Origin: Octopus sinensis
Taxonomy: Eukaryota
Direction of reading: 5' to 3'
DNA length: 64,000 nucleotides
Assembly: GCF_006345805.1 (NCBI RefSeq)
Contig: NC_043019.1
Location: forward strand, 26,039,360 to 26,103,359
The notes beneath the pieces are model-generated. The model did not search any database. It was not told the origin of the DNA and saw only the letters and a program-made list of their open reading frames with translations. Below, piece after piece: positions 1 through 11,336 of this stretch (position 1 is its first letter; every line of letters starts with the position of its first letter). Made by a program: the position numbers and the translations under genes.

Positions 1-95
1 GCTCTTAAATGTGGTTTTGGTCGTTTTGACTGCTTCTTCTAGCGAGTAAAAACTGCCTGTTGAAGGCAGTTTTCTCTTGTTTTAAATGTACACTA

Positions 96-177
96 TTATG
101 TATATATATACACACATATATATATATATACATATATACATATATATACATATACACATATATATATACATATACAC

Positions 178-244
<67 letters not shown>

Positions 245-264
245 TATATATACATATATATATA

Positions 265-296
<32 letters not shown>

Positions 297-335
297 ATAT
301 ATATATATATGCATATTTATGTGTGTGTGTGTGGT
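96..335. repeat. (AT)n/(ATAC)n microsatellite; similar long tracts at about 5690-5918, 23800-23990, 34260-34970, 40690-40920, 41640-41740 and 51535-51800
   Basis: Direct reading; these account for the low-complexity ORFs. Confidence 0.98.
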
Positions 336-588
336 TTATTCTCCTGCAAGTGAAAAGTTGTAAGTGAAACAGTTTAACAAATTGTCGCAAATCATTTATT
401 AAGTAAACAGTGTGTATTCCTAACGTCTAACACCATCTTGTGTTCTATATTTTAAAGGCAGGATCCAGGTCAGCTGTATGAGTCTAAATAAGCTTCAGTT
501 GAGCTATTTGTCAATGTAATCAACAAGTCCCTTCCACCAAGGCCTTGTACCTAAAGTAGAAAGGATTATTGTTGTTGTTGTTGTTGTT

Positions 589-830
589 GAGGCGACAAAC
601 TGGTAAAATCATTAGCATGCTGGGTGAAATGCTTCGTGGCATTTCATCCGTCTTAACATTCTGAGTTCAAATTCCACCAAGGTCAACTTTGCCTTTCATC
701 CTTTCAGGGTTTATAAATTAAGTACCAGTTGAGTACTGGGGTCGATGTAATCAACTTATCCCCTCCCCAAAAGTTTCAGGCTTTGTGCCTTTAGTAGAAA
801 GGATGATTATTATTATTATTATTACTATTG
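589..830 (+). mobile_element. tRNA-derived SINE family B
   Basis: ggcagaatc(g/a)ttagca..gagttcaaattcc..ggtcaactttgcctttcatcc..(ATT)n. Further + copies at about 3490, 8375, 12884, 13090, 17727, 23205, 27935, 28180 and 39420; - copies at about 37290, 45660 and 46860. Confidence 0.88.
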
Positions 831-1460
831 AGTGAGAGAGCAGTTCATGCCATCAAAGTGACACTGGGGTAAAATATACGAAGCCCAATATACCCATCAT
901 GACTACCCGTCTGATAAGGGTACACCAGGCACATGCATCACAACCATATGTGCGCAACATGGTGATCTTATATCAAGATAAACAGCACATGACCTTGCAG
1001 GTGGGGCCCAAAGGTCCCTGACATTTATTTCTTCCCTTACATTCCATGAACCAAGCCATTCCTAATGGTGCCGTCTTCTCAAGAAGTTCTATTTGGGGCT
1101 CAGTTCATATTTCTATATTTTAGCTGTTACAGTCCCCAAGGTACCAACTACTTCAAGCCCCTTCATGCCCCACATTTTCTAAATTTCTCTCTCTTAAGTT
1201 TTCATACTTTTCAGTCAATTCCTTTCCACAACCCCAAATCTTATCCTCCACACCAACCAGGCACCACAATGGCACCAGTTAAGTCACCGATACTCTGATC
1301 ATGTTTAGCTTGTGCAGTTTACTAGTAGCAAGTCCTTGTGCTGAGTTTTTCTCTTTGCCATGTTCACCCTCTTTATAACAAACCACCCAAGATTGCCCTC
1401 AATTTTATGGTCCAGAAATCCCATTTTAAAGTGATCTGAATCAAAATTTACAATGAAAAT

Positions 1461-2036
1461 CATCATCATCGTTTAACGTCCGCTTTCCATGCTAGCATGG
1501 GTTGGACAGTTCAACTGGGGTCTGGGAAGCCCGAAGGCTGCACCACTCCAGTTAGATCTGGCAGTGTTTCTACAGCTGGATGCCCTTCCTAATGCCAACT
1601 ACTCCGTGAGTGTAGTGGGTGCTTTTTATGTGCCACCGACACAGGTGCCAGACGAGGCTGGCGAACAGCCACGCTCAGATGGTGTTTTTTATGTGCCACC
1701 GACACAGGTGCCAGACGAGGCTGGCAAACGGCCACGCTCGGATGGTGTTTTTTATGTGCCACCGACACAGGTGCCAGACGAGGCTGGCAAACGGCCACGC
1801 TCGGATGGTGTTTTTTTTTATGTGCCACTGACACAGGTGCCAGACGAGGCTGGCGAACGGCCACGCTCAGATGGTGTTTTTTATATGTGCCACGGACACA
1901 GGTGCCAGACGAGGCTGGCGAACGGCCACACTCGGATGGTGTTTTTTATGTGCCACCGACACAGGTGCCAGGCGAGGCTGGCAAACGGCCATGCTCGGAT
2001 GGTGTTTTTTGCCACGGGCACAGGTGCCAGACGAGA
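1461..2036 (-). mobile_element. Family C (RTE 3' UTR-derived) element with about 7 internal 62-65 bp tandem units
   Basis: Begins (CAT)n-gtttaacgtccgctttccatgc on +; unit atgtgccaccgacacaggtgccagacgaggctggc..ggatggtgttttt. Confidence 0.85.
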
Positions 2037-3940
2037 AATGTAATGTTAATTTATGTTCCAAACTCAAGTTTAGTAATGACTAAGTTATTTTACTACATTT
2101 TTTCGTTATTTTAAAATTTAATTGAAAGAAAAGAATGAGTTTCAACAGAAATATAACAAAGGGGTTATGTTCTCTCCAAACTCTCACAGAATGCCAATGT
2201 TATAATGGATGAAAGAGACTTTGGTGGATGGGAGTGGTCCACCAAGAGCAATAATGGCTGTCTCACTACCTTGTGCTTGCTTAATCAACATATTTTAGGG
2301 GGGGGGGAAGTAATGACTGTTTCTTAAGAGATTACAATGTCATATGAAATGCAGTGAATTTTGAATAACGTAAATGGAAAAAAGAAAAACAACAAAAAGA
2401 GACAAATCATGAAGATGTAACTGTTGTGGATTGCATAGAAAGAATTATGTGAAAAGACTAATGAGTGACCTATATATATAAGCAACAAGCATGTGACAGA
2501 GAGGCAAAGCATAATGGCCTCTTTTCTTAGCTACCTCATAAATGCTTGGCAGAACTATGAGGGAGAAATTACAACCGTGTTTCGTGGTCTGCTACCACAA
2601 CAGCTCCTTTATAGGATCCAGTTAGCTCAAGACATCATCAGGAGAAACCACATCCGGTTTCGGCCCCTACTCCTCTACCGTTTTGACGTGGCAGGGCCCC
2701 CCCACCCTTTCAGAGGTGTCTTCAGCTCTGGGGCTGGGTGCATGTCTTCTTTCTTCTTCGTTCTTCTGTTCCCTGGCCTCTTCGATGTATCGTCAGCGAG
2801 TGTCAGCGGGTGACTGACTGTCTTGTCAAATGTTTTTCCCTTTAAATACCTGCCGCTAGGCTCTTGCGATGTTTATTACGACTCTTTACATTCTGGGTTC
2901 AAATACAGTTGCAGTCAACTTTGCCTTTCGTCCCACCTGCGTCAATGAAATAAAGTCCCAGTCAAACACTGGGGTCAATGTAATTGACTACCCCCACCTA
3001 TCCCTGTCCTAAAATCACTGGCCTTAGGCAACAAACTGGCAGAGTCATTAGCACATTGGACAAAATGCTTATTGTCATTTCATCCGGCTTTACATTCTGA
3101 CTTCAAATTCCGCAATGGTTGACTTTGCCTGTTGGGGATTCATCATCATCGTCATCGTCGTTTAACGTCTGCTTTCCATGCTAGCATGGGTTGGACGGTT
3201 CAACTGGGGTCTGGCTACGGATATGTTTGGATGGTTCTCTTATGTGCCTCAGGCACTGGTATCACAGCTACAAATTCCATTGATGTTGATCGATTGCGAT
3301 TTTGATTTTCCCTTGCCTCAACAGGTCTTCACAAGTGGAGTTTTGTGTCTCAAGAAGGAAAGGAATATGAAAATAAATAAGTACCAGTTGGACACTGGGG
3401 TAAACGTAATTGACTGCCCCCCCCCCCCACACACACACACCCTCTCCCAAAATTTTAAGCCTTGTGCCTTTATTGGAAAGGATTCAGCACGTTGGCAGAA
3501 CCATTAGGAAGCCGGGCAAAATGCTTCCAGGCATTTCATCCATCCTTACATTCTGAGTTCAAATTCTGCTGAGGTCGACTTCGTCTCTCATCCTATCGGG
3601 ATCAATAAATTAAATACCGATCAAACACTAGGGCCGATGTAATTGATTAGTCCTCTCCCCCAAAATTATTACTGCACATTAACCCCTTAAAAATTAATAG
3701 GAATGTTACGATCAGTTTAAAAAATTTTTTTTTTTTTAAACCCAAGAAAACTCGTGATTGGCCTCATTGGAAATCTTTAAATGATTTTCCCAAATTCCTG
3801 ATATAAATTTTCTAAGAAATTAAATTCACAAAAAAAGCAGCTGACGAAAATTAACAAGTGAGAAACAGTGAACAGTGTAGTGTTTGTGAGATATGAGCAG
3901 GTATTAATAGCAGTGTTAGGAGAGGTGGAAAGTTAGTCAC

Positions 3941-4058
3941 CTTGCAATGTCTTAACATCATCAAAGTCTACGAGTTGCAGGAGTAGGTTACCTTTATCCT
4001 CTTCAGCTTCAGCCAACCGATTCTTCAGTTCTTCGACTTCGTTGGAACCTTGGTTGCC
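3941..4058 (-). CDS. GOLGB1: Giantin-like golgin exon (GNQGSNEVEELKNRLAEAEEDKGNLLLQLVDFDDVKTLQ); gene continues beyond window start
   Basis: Acceptor gttacag|GGC, donor G|gtgact; 118 nt, phase 0-1. RLAEAEEDKGNLLL resembles giantin RVVELENEKGALLL (from recall). Confidence 0.8.
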
Positions 4059-4266
4059 CTGTAACACCAACAAAATAATTGACTCACTTTGATTTTGATT
4101 TCTTCTTGGGGATGGTGAGGAGGAAGTTGATAAAAATAAATACCAGTTGAATATTGGGGTGTGTGTCATTGACTATCCCCTTCTCCCAAAATTTCAAACC
4201 TTGTGTCTATAATAGAACAGATTACTACAACTACTACTACTGCTACTACTATTACTACTAATAGTA

Positions 4267-4351
4267 ATACTCTGATGAGCGTAAAGTTATATAATTGGAT
4301 TGTTACCTAACACTCCATTGTATTTTTTATGCGAAACCAAATGGTTAATAT
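4267..4351 (+). ncRNA. Type I hammerhead ribozyme motif (copy 1 of a 247-bp dimer)
   Basis: AUACU-CUGAUGA-GCGUAAAG(..)UUUUAUGC-GAAACC-AAAU-GGU-U-AAUAU. 8-bp stem II, 3-bp stem III, stem I 4/5 pairs. Confidence 0.7.
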
Positions 4352-4448
4352 ACCCACTCTACTGATAGATATACGAGTGCATCTTTTTCTTGACTTATGG
4401 TCTCATAGATGACTCATATATATATATATATGACCTGAATGCAATATA

Positions 4449-4507
<59 letters not shown>

Positions 4508-4513
4508 ATAGTA

Positions 4514-4598
4514 ATACTCTGGTGAGCATAAAGTTATATAATTGGATTGTTACCTAACACTCCATTGTATTCTTTATGCGAAACCAAATGGTTAATAT
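4514..4598 (+). ncRNA. Type I hammerhead ribozyme motif (copy 2; core mutated to CUGGUGA)
   Basis: Perfect 8-bp stem II GCAUAAAG/CUUUAUGC, GAAACC...GGUU; the A6->G core change is probably inactivating. Confidence 0.6.
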
Positions 4599-4696
4599 AC
4601 CCACTCTACTGATAGATATACGAGTGCATCTTTTCCCTGACTTATGGTCTCATAGATGACTCATATATATATATATATGACCTGAACGCAATATAT

Positions 4697-5480
4697 AAAT
4701 GAGCAGATGAGAATAATATGCAGTTTCAATGCCACAAAATTCCAAGCACTTCACTATCAGCCCACAAACAAACTACAACTGAAGTACACGGGACCAGCAG
4801 GCAATGTAATCCCAGGGTTAGGGCCGGTGTATGACCTGGGAATCCACATGAGCAATGATGCAACTTTTCATGTGCGCATTGCTCAGATGGCAACCCTGTG
4901 CAGGTGGGTGGCAGGTTGGATCCTTAGATCCTTCAGGACCAGGAACAGAGACACAATGCTTCTGCTTTGGAAAACCTTTGTCCTCAGTCGTGTGGACTAC
5001 TGCTCCCAACTGGGGTCCCCACAGAGCGTAAAGCTAATTGCAGAACTAGAGGCGATCCAACACCACTATACAAGGAAGATAGACTCAGTAAAACACATGG
5101 GCTACTACAAGAAGTTGAAGGAGCTTCGATTCTATTCCCTGGAGAGGAGACGTGAGAGATATACATTGCTATACATATGGAAAATAACAGAGAGTCTAGC
5201 TCCACATTTCAGAATTGAAATCTACAACAATCCCCAAACTGCACAGTACCAAAGGTTCCATCTTCTCCATCAGGGATATGAACCCAATATTGTAATAGCT
5301 TGGGACTCAAGGGACCACAACTTTTTAATGCTCTACCAGAGGACAATTTTTTATCTGCAATACGATGAACCCACATTGATGCAGGAGGCACAAAGAAGAG
5401 CGACAACATCCAACTTGCTACTTCACCAGAAACAATACTGCAGTAAAGGTGGAGAACCAGCATGGCCTCAGCCACTGGCT
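4697..5480 (+). mobile_element. 5'-truncated CR1/L2-group LINE fragment (RT C-terminal region), frameshifted
   Basis: ORF 4707..5483: FNATKFQALHY, DLGIHMSND, LLWKTFVLSRVDYCSQ, LEAIQ, YSLERRRERY. Upstream frame reads (W)ADENNMQF. Confidence 0.9.
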
Positions 5481-5558
5481 TAAACCCAACCGCGTGTGTA
5501 TCATTGGCGATTTTTTTTTTCCTCCGTCTTCCCTTCCTTGGATCTTTCCTTTTTCTAT

Positions 5559-5593
5559 GTTTCTAACAAAGAGCTCTGCTCAAAACATTAAAT
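5559..5593 (+). ncRNA. Relic ultra-minimal hammerhead-like motif
   Basis: GUUU-CUAACAA-A-GAGC-UCU-GCUC-AAAACAU-U-AAAU. Same layout as the 20631 motif, with G->A changes in the core. Confidence 0.35.
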
Positions 5594-6497
5594 GCTCCTT
5601 CTTTCTTTCCTTTCTTGAGCTATACTATACTTGTTCCACATCCTCGCGTGGTTGTGTTTTCTCTTTGTGTTTTCATGTTTGGACTAACTATATATATATA
5701 TGTATTTATATAAATATGTATATACACACTATATAAATACATACACAGACAAGCATAAATATATATACACACACATATATATATATACATACACTTAAAT
5801 ATATGTATACACATACATATATATGCATACATACATACATACATACATACATACATACTACATACATACATACATACATACATACATACATACATACATA
5901 CATACATACATACATACATTGCTCAAATATTTGATCACTATAAACAAATCATCTGTGCCAATTGTTTAGTAAGAAATTACATGGCCCTCATTTGTTCTCT
6001 ATATATTAGTGAAGTAAAAATTATGTAGCAACATCAAATGGTGGTGCTGCAGCATGGTCACAGCTTGTGAGCTGAAACTAGTTTCCATTCGATTTAATCC
6101 ATATATACACATGCATACACACACAATGTGCATCTTCCATACAAGTGTCCACCTCCAAGTCACCAGCTAACAATATTTTCTTACATGTCCCACTTACAGC
6201 TACCCACACCACCCAATAGCCACACCCAGTCTCCAATTAATGATTCTTGTTCCCACCAAGCTAAAAGGACTATGTAGTGATTTGACAGGCTAGAAATAGC
6301 ACACTACTGCCTTAAACAAGAAAGGAACACATTATATTGTGTAGCCATAAATATACATAAACAGACAGGATGGTCGTGGTTGGAATACTTTTGATCACTG
6401 TCTGCTCAACAAGGATTGAACTGGGGCTAAACATAAGACTACCTCCCTTCTACAACTACCAAGCCAAAACTTTTATTTGAAACAAGTAATTCCTTAC

Positions 6498-7670
6498 CTT
6501 TTTTAATTCCTCGATTTCTTTCTCCAGAGATTTGATTTTGGCAGTGAACTGGGCCTTAATTTTTAACATTCTAGAATCAGAGATCTTTGTAGGAGATGCA
6601 TCGGAAGATTTATGCTTTTCCCGAGGCTTGATGTTCTGTACCTCTGCTTCCTCTGGTTTCAAAAGCCCTTCCTGTTTCTGGTGCTGGTAGTAGTGCAACT
6701 GAGTTTTAACATCTTCCAGTTCTGTTCTTTGGTGCCGGAATTGTTCCTCGAGTTGTTTTCTCTGAGCCATTTCTACTTCTAGCCGTCGTGAGAGTTCTGT
6801 CAGCTTCTCTGGTGAACCAACTGCAGGCGTTAAACCACTTGCACTTGCATGGACAGCATCTTTTAAAGAAACGGAATTCTTCAAGTCATTTACTTCAGTG
6901 CAAACCTGTTGATAGCGTTCTTGGAGTGCATTGTAATGAAGTGCAGCCTGAGAGTAAGCAGATTCGTACTGCTTCAACGATGCTTGGAGAGTGTGAAGCT
7001 GTAGATTCATCTCTCCTTTTTCTTCTTCATTTTTTTCAACAAGCGCTTTCAAGCGACTTTCCATTTTTTGTTTCTCGGATTTCCATTGTGTCTCATAATC
7101 TGAAAAAGTCTGTTGCATGAGGAGGTTTTGCTCAGTACTAACAGCAAGTTTTTCTTTTAAATTCTTCACACTGTCCATAACGCTGTGCAGTTGCTGGTCT
7201 TTATTGGCCAAGTCGTTTGTCTGGATCTCAATCACCTGAATTTTCCCCTGGAGGACCTCATTGATATCTTTTATTTTCTGTTCCATCATTTTCAACATTT
7301 GATCCTGTATATTTCCTCCTCCCTCTCTCGACATGATGTTTTCTATATCACGTTCATGTCTGGCCAGCAGTTCACGGAGGTCGTTGTCACGTGTAGCCAA
7401 GTCCTTCTCTCTGTCGAGAATGAGGCATCTCAGTTGTGAAATCTCTCCTTCACGGTCATTAAGGGTTTCCTCAAAGTACCTCTGGGTTTCTGATAGCCGA
7501 AGACTGAACCGCTCAGATTCAACTTTTAGGTTATGCTCAGCCTTCTCCAGATTCTCTATCAACAGGGACATTTTCTCTTCTTCAGATTCAACTTTATTAG
7601 TCAACTTTGAAATCAGAGCAGTCTGAGATGTTATGTTCTGGTCTTTTTCAACAATGGATGTCTGTAAAAC
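6498..7670 (-). CDS. GOLGB1: Giantin-like golgin large exon (391 aa coiled coil, VLQTSIVEKDQ...KIKSLEKEIEELKK)
   Basis: Acceptor tttctacag|GTT, donor AAG|gtaagg; 1173 nt, phase 0-0; contains ORF 6456..7604; E/K/Q/L-rich. Confidence 0.9.
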
Positions 7671-8022
7671 CTGTAGAAAAATAGAATAAAATTATTCATA
7701 CATACATAGATGTTACAAATGTTTCGATAGCATGGTGACTTATTTGCAATTGGTGTATTACACAATCCAAAACCACCAAACTATTAACCACAATAGGCAA
7801 GATCCAAACCATTTGATATATATATATATACATATATATATATTCTTCTATTGCTCTTAGCCATGCGGGTGATGTCATGGTGGAGCACCATATATATTGT
7901 AAGATGCAAATAAGATAATTTTTATTTAGAAAGCAGCACTGCCATTAGAACAGCAGAAATATTGAGTAAATTACCCTTACAAAGCAGAAAAATTTATCAT
8001 CAAACTGCCATACATGTAGTTT

Positions 8023-8054
<32 letters not shown>

Positions 8055-9116
8055 GTTGCTATTATGCAAAAGTGTTGTAAGTCCAAAATGTTGCTTTTTC
8101 AGAAAACAAAAAAATAATTTCACCATTCCATAGCAAAGCCGCTGTACTACACTCTGACTATTTTTGATATCTTGGCATCTGAAACAGCTGGAGATACAAT
8201 AGTTTGACCAAAAGAACTGGCTATTGCAAGCAAAAATAGATAATGGAAAAAAGAACGCATTTGGCCGAATTTGGACATACGACATTTGAACATAATAGCA
8301 ACAATAAATAAATATATATATATACATATACACATAATTATTTTTATAAAAGAATTGTATATTGTAAGGTGATGGAAAACTGGCAGAACCATTAGGATGG
8401 CAGACAAAATGTTTAATGCCATTTCAACCGTCTTTATATTCATTACTCAAATTCTGCCAAGGTCAACTTTGTCTGTCATCCTTTCAGGGTTGATAAAATA
8501 AGTACCAGCTGAGCAATGGGGTCACTCCCACAATATTTCAGGTCTTGTGCCTATAGCAGAAAGGATTATTATTATATTATTATTATTATTATTATTATTA
8601 TTGTGATTTATATCATCTTGTCATGACAGTACTGACAGTTCGCTTTAATTTATTAATGTTGTTCGTTAAAATTGTTTTTATAACCACTCATATAGGCGCA
8701 GGAGTGGATGTGTGGTAAGTAGCTTGCTTACCAACCACGTGGTTCCGGGTTCATTCCCACTGCGTGGCACCTTGGGCAAGTGTCTTCTACTATAGCCTCG
8801 GGTCGTCCAAAGCCTTGTGAGTGGATTTGGTAGACGGAAATTGAAAGAAGCCCATCGTATATATATATATATATTATGTATGTATGTATGTATGTATGTA
8901 TGTATGTATGTTCGACTAAAAGCGGTGCTCCAGCATGGCCGTAGTCAAATGACTGAAACAAGTAAAAGAGAAAAAAAAGAGACTCAAAGTTATCTTCCTT
9001 GTGCATGAGCGTTTGAATGGTGTGTGTGCATGCATGTGTATTTGACTGTGGGCAGTTAGGGGCAGTTAGGTGTGTGTGTGTGTTTAACCAGTGTACTTCT
9101 GTGTGTATGTGTGTAT

Positions 9117-9341
9117 GGGTACTAGAAAAAAATCTCCCCGAGGACAGAATCCCACTGAGGACAAAATTTTCCCCCCAGACAAAATACCCTGGGAGTCAAT
9201 ATTCCCCAGGGTAATGTTCTTTCTTTACAATAAAAATATTTTAGGAAAATAAAATTTTATTAAAAAAATTCATAATATTTATTAGTTGATATTTTTGATT
9301 AAAATTTGTCCAAGGGGATCTTGTCCTCAGATTTTGTCTTG

Positions 9342-9347
<6 letters not shown>
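9117..9347. mobile_element. Degenerate MITE with repeated subterminal ggacaaaat/aggacag motifs
   Basis: Imperfect inverted ends gggtactagaaaaaaatc..gaggacagaatccc / gggatcttgtcctcagattttgtcttgatactc. Confidence 0.5.
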
Positions 9348-9382
<35 letters not shown>

Positions 9383-9713
9383 TGTGTGTGTGTGTGTGCG
9401 CATGCACGGGCATACATATGTTTGTGAATATCTTTCCCTGATATAAACTAGTCTATCTGTGTCTTTCACCAATATATCTCTGTAAATATTAGAAAAGAAA
9501 CTGATCAACCACAAGTGCCCTTCATATATCACAAGTCCCTTATGATGTTTGTTCTGCACCAAGGTATTCAAAGACACCCCTACTCACTCACTCTCACAAC
9601 CAAGAAACACAGTAAACCAATAATTAGCATATTAGAAACCTATAACCACTGGTGCCATTGTTTACAAATTGTCACATAAAATAAATACAATTCTAAAAGT
9701 CGACAATACTCAC

Positions 9714-9872
9714 CCCAATCACTTTATCTCTGCCTTTAATGACTTCATTCTTCTCTCCGATAAATTCCTGCAAGTCTTTGATTTTGCTGTCTAATTCAAT
9801 GATTGAGTTGTTGAGGTCAACAATTTTCTTGTCTTTGGACAAAATCTGGACATAAATCTGATCCAGGGTTTC
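9714..9872 (-). CDS. GOLGB1: Giantin-like golgin exon (53 aa, ETLDQIYVQILSKDKKIVDLNNSIIELDSKIKDLQEFIGEKNEVIKGRDKVIG)
   Basis: Not in the ORF track. Acceptor tgttttag|GAA, donor GGG|gtgagt; 159 nt, phase 0-0, open frame, heptad pattern. Confidence 0.8.
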
Positions 9873-9897
9873 CTAAAACACAAACAAGGACAATATA

Positions 9898-10106
9898 TAT
9901 TTCTTTTACTACCCACAAGGGGCTAAACACAGAGGGGACAAACAAGGACAGACAAAGGGATTAAGTCGATTACATCGACCCCAGTGCGTAACTGGTACTT
10001 AATTTATCGACCCCGAAAGGATGAAAGGCAAAGTCGACCTCGGCGGGATTTGAACCCGGAACGCAACGACAGACGAAATACGGCTACGAATTTCGCCCGG
10101 CGTGCT
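9898..10106 (-). mobile_element. Young 5'-truncated SINE family B with 12-bp TSD
   Basis: TSD AAGGACAATATA at 9886-9897 and 10107-10118; CpGs intact. Confidence 0.9.
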
Positions 10107-10689
10107 AAGGACAATATAAGTGTGTGTGTGTTTGCGTGTGCGTTTGTGTGTATGTGTGTGTGTGAGTGTGTGCACGCACACGTGTGCATGTATGTGTATG
10201 TGTGCTTATCTTTCACTGATACAAATTAGTGCACCTGTCCATACGTGCATGTGTGTTTGTGTGTTTGCGTGCATGTGTATGTGTGTTTGTGTGTGTGTGT
10301 ATATATCTGTATGTATATGTATGCATGTGTATGTGTGTTCGTGTATGTATATGTGTATGTGTATGCATGTGTGTGTGTGCACGCACACATGTGCATGCAT
10401 GTGTATGTGTGCTTATCTTTCACTGATACAAACTAGTGCACCTGTGCATACATGCATGTGTGTTTATGTGTGTGTGTGTGTGTGTGTGTGTGCATGTGTG
10501 TGTATACATGTGTATGTGTGTTTATGTATGTGTACATGTGTATGTGTGTTGTGTGTGTGTGTGTGTATATATCTGTGTATATGTATGCATGTGTATGTGT
10601 GTTCGTGTGTGTGTGTATGTATATGTGCGTGTATATGTATGCATGTGTATGTTTGTGTGTGTGCCTGTGTTCATGTTTCAATGCATATG

Positions 10690-10960
10690 GACATGGCCCA
10701 ACATCATTTTATATCTATTTTCCATACTTACAAGGGTCCTTCATCATCTCTTTCATGAAGTTCAGCTCCCTGAGATCAACCTTCACCACTTCTTTCTAAG
10801 TCCACTTCCTCTGTCCGCCTTTTCTACAAGTTCTTTCCTCTTCGCATGCCTGATTCAACACCTTTATCCAACTGCCATCCTCTCTATACACACCACATAT
10901 ATCTATACCAACAAACTCACCCCCCGCCATACACACAACAGTCAATTCCTCATACATCCA
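10690..10960 (-). mobile_element. Degenerate RTE LINE C-terminal fragment
   Basis: Minus: EVVKVDLRELNFMKEMMKD, typical of the RTE ORF end. Confidence 0.55.
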
Positions 10961-11131
10961 ATTTTTCTTTCAGCTTATTTCTGTTCCACCATTCATTCCC
11001 ACTAACCCTACATACCCGGTGGAGTATCCTCTCCTTATTTCTTTCCAGCTTTCACACATCCTTTCTAATCAATACCCATGTTTCTCTACCAAGTAACTTC
11101 ACCCTCAACACACATTTTGCTCTTTGCTTAA

Positions 11132-11336
11132 CCCTTAGCATTCAGATTACTCTGTCCAATGTAATGCTTATTTATTCACATTGTCTTTAATTAATCATGC
11201 ATTACCTCATAGCTTCAAGATTTTGATGATACAAATTAGGACATGTAAGATAGGTGTGAGAGGCTGGACCTGGACAGTTTGGACAAAAAAAAACAGACTA
11301 TTTGGGCTGGGTATGGCCGGATTGAATGCTAAAGGG
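11132..11336. mobile_element. piggyBac-type MITE
   Basis: TTAA-CCCTTAGCATTCA..TGAATGCTAAAGGG-TTAA. Confidence 0.85.

Larger units (their letters stand above)
4222..4697. repeat. Direct tandem duplication, 247-bp period, each unit = (ACT)n + HHR + tail
   Basis: The two units are about 95% identical; cores at 4272 and 4519. Confidence 0.95.

Noticed and set aside
5-390. Many YI/CV/HT-rich ORFs here and throughout (e.g. 10120-11005, 34457-35336, 58359-58640)
   Set aside because: Translations of (AT)n, (GT)n, (ATAC)n and trinucleotide microsatellites; no splice signals or protein-like composition.
1489-2043. 184-aa ORF with VPPTQVPDEAG repeats
   Set aside because: Arises from the tandem units of the family C repeat; the same peptide appears at 52389 and in other copies.
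2493-2813. 106-aa plus-strand ORF / next golgin exon on the minus strand
   Set aside because: No recognisable protein; the minus-strand reading hits a stop and is not coiled coil.
6788-7626. Plus-strand ORFs of 84-110 aa
   Set aside because: Antisense shadows of the large golgin exon.
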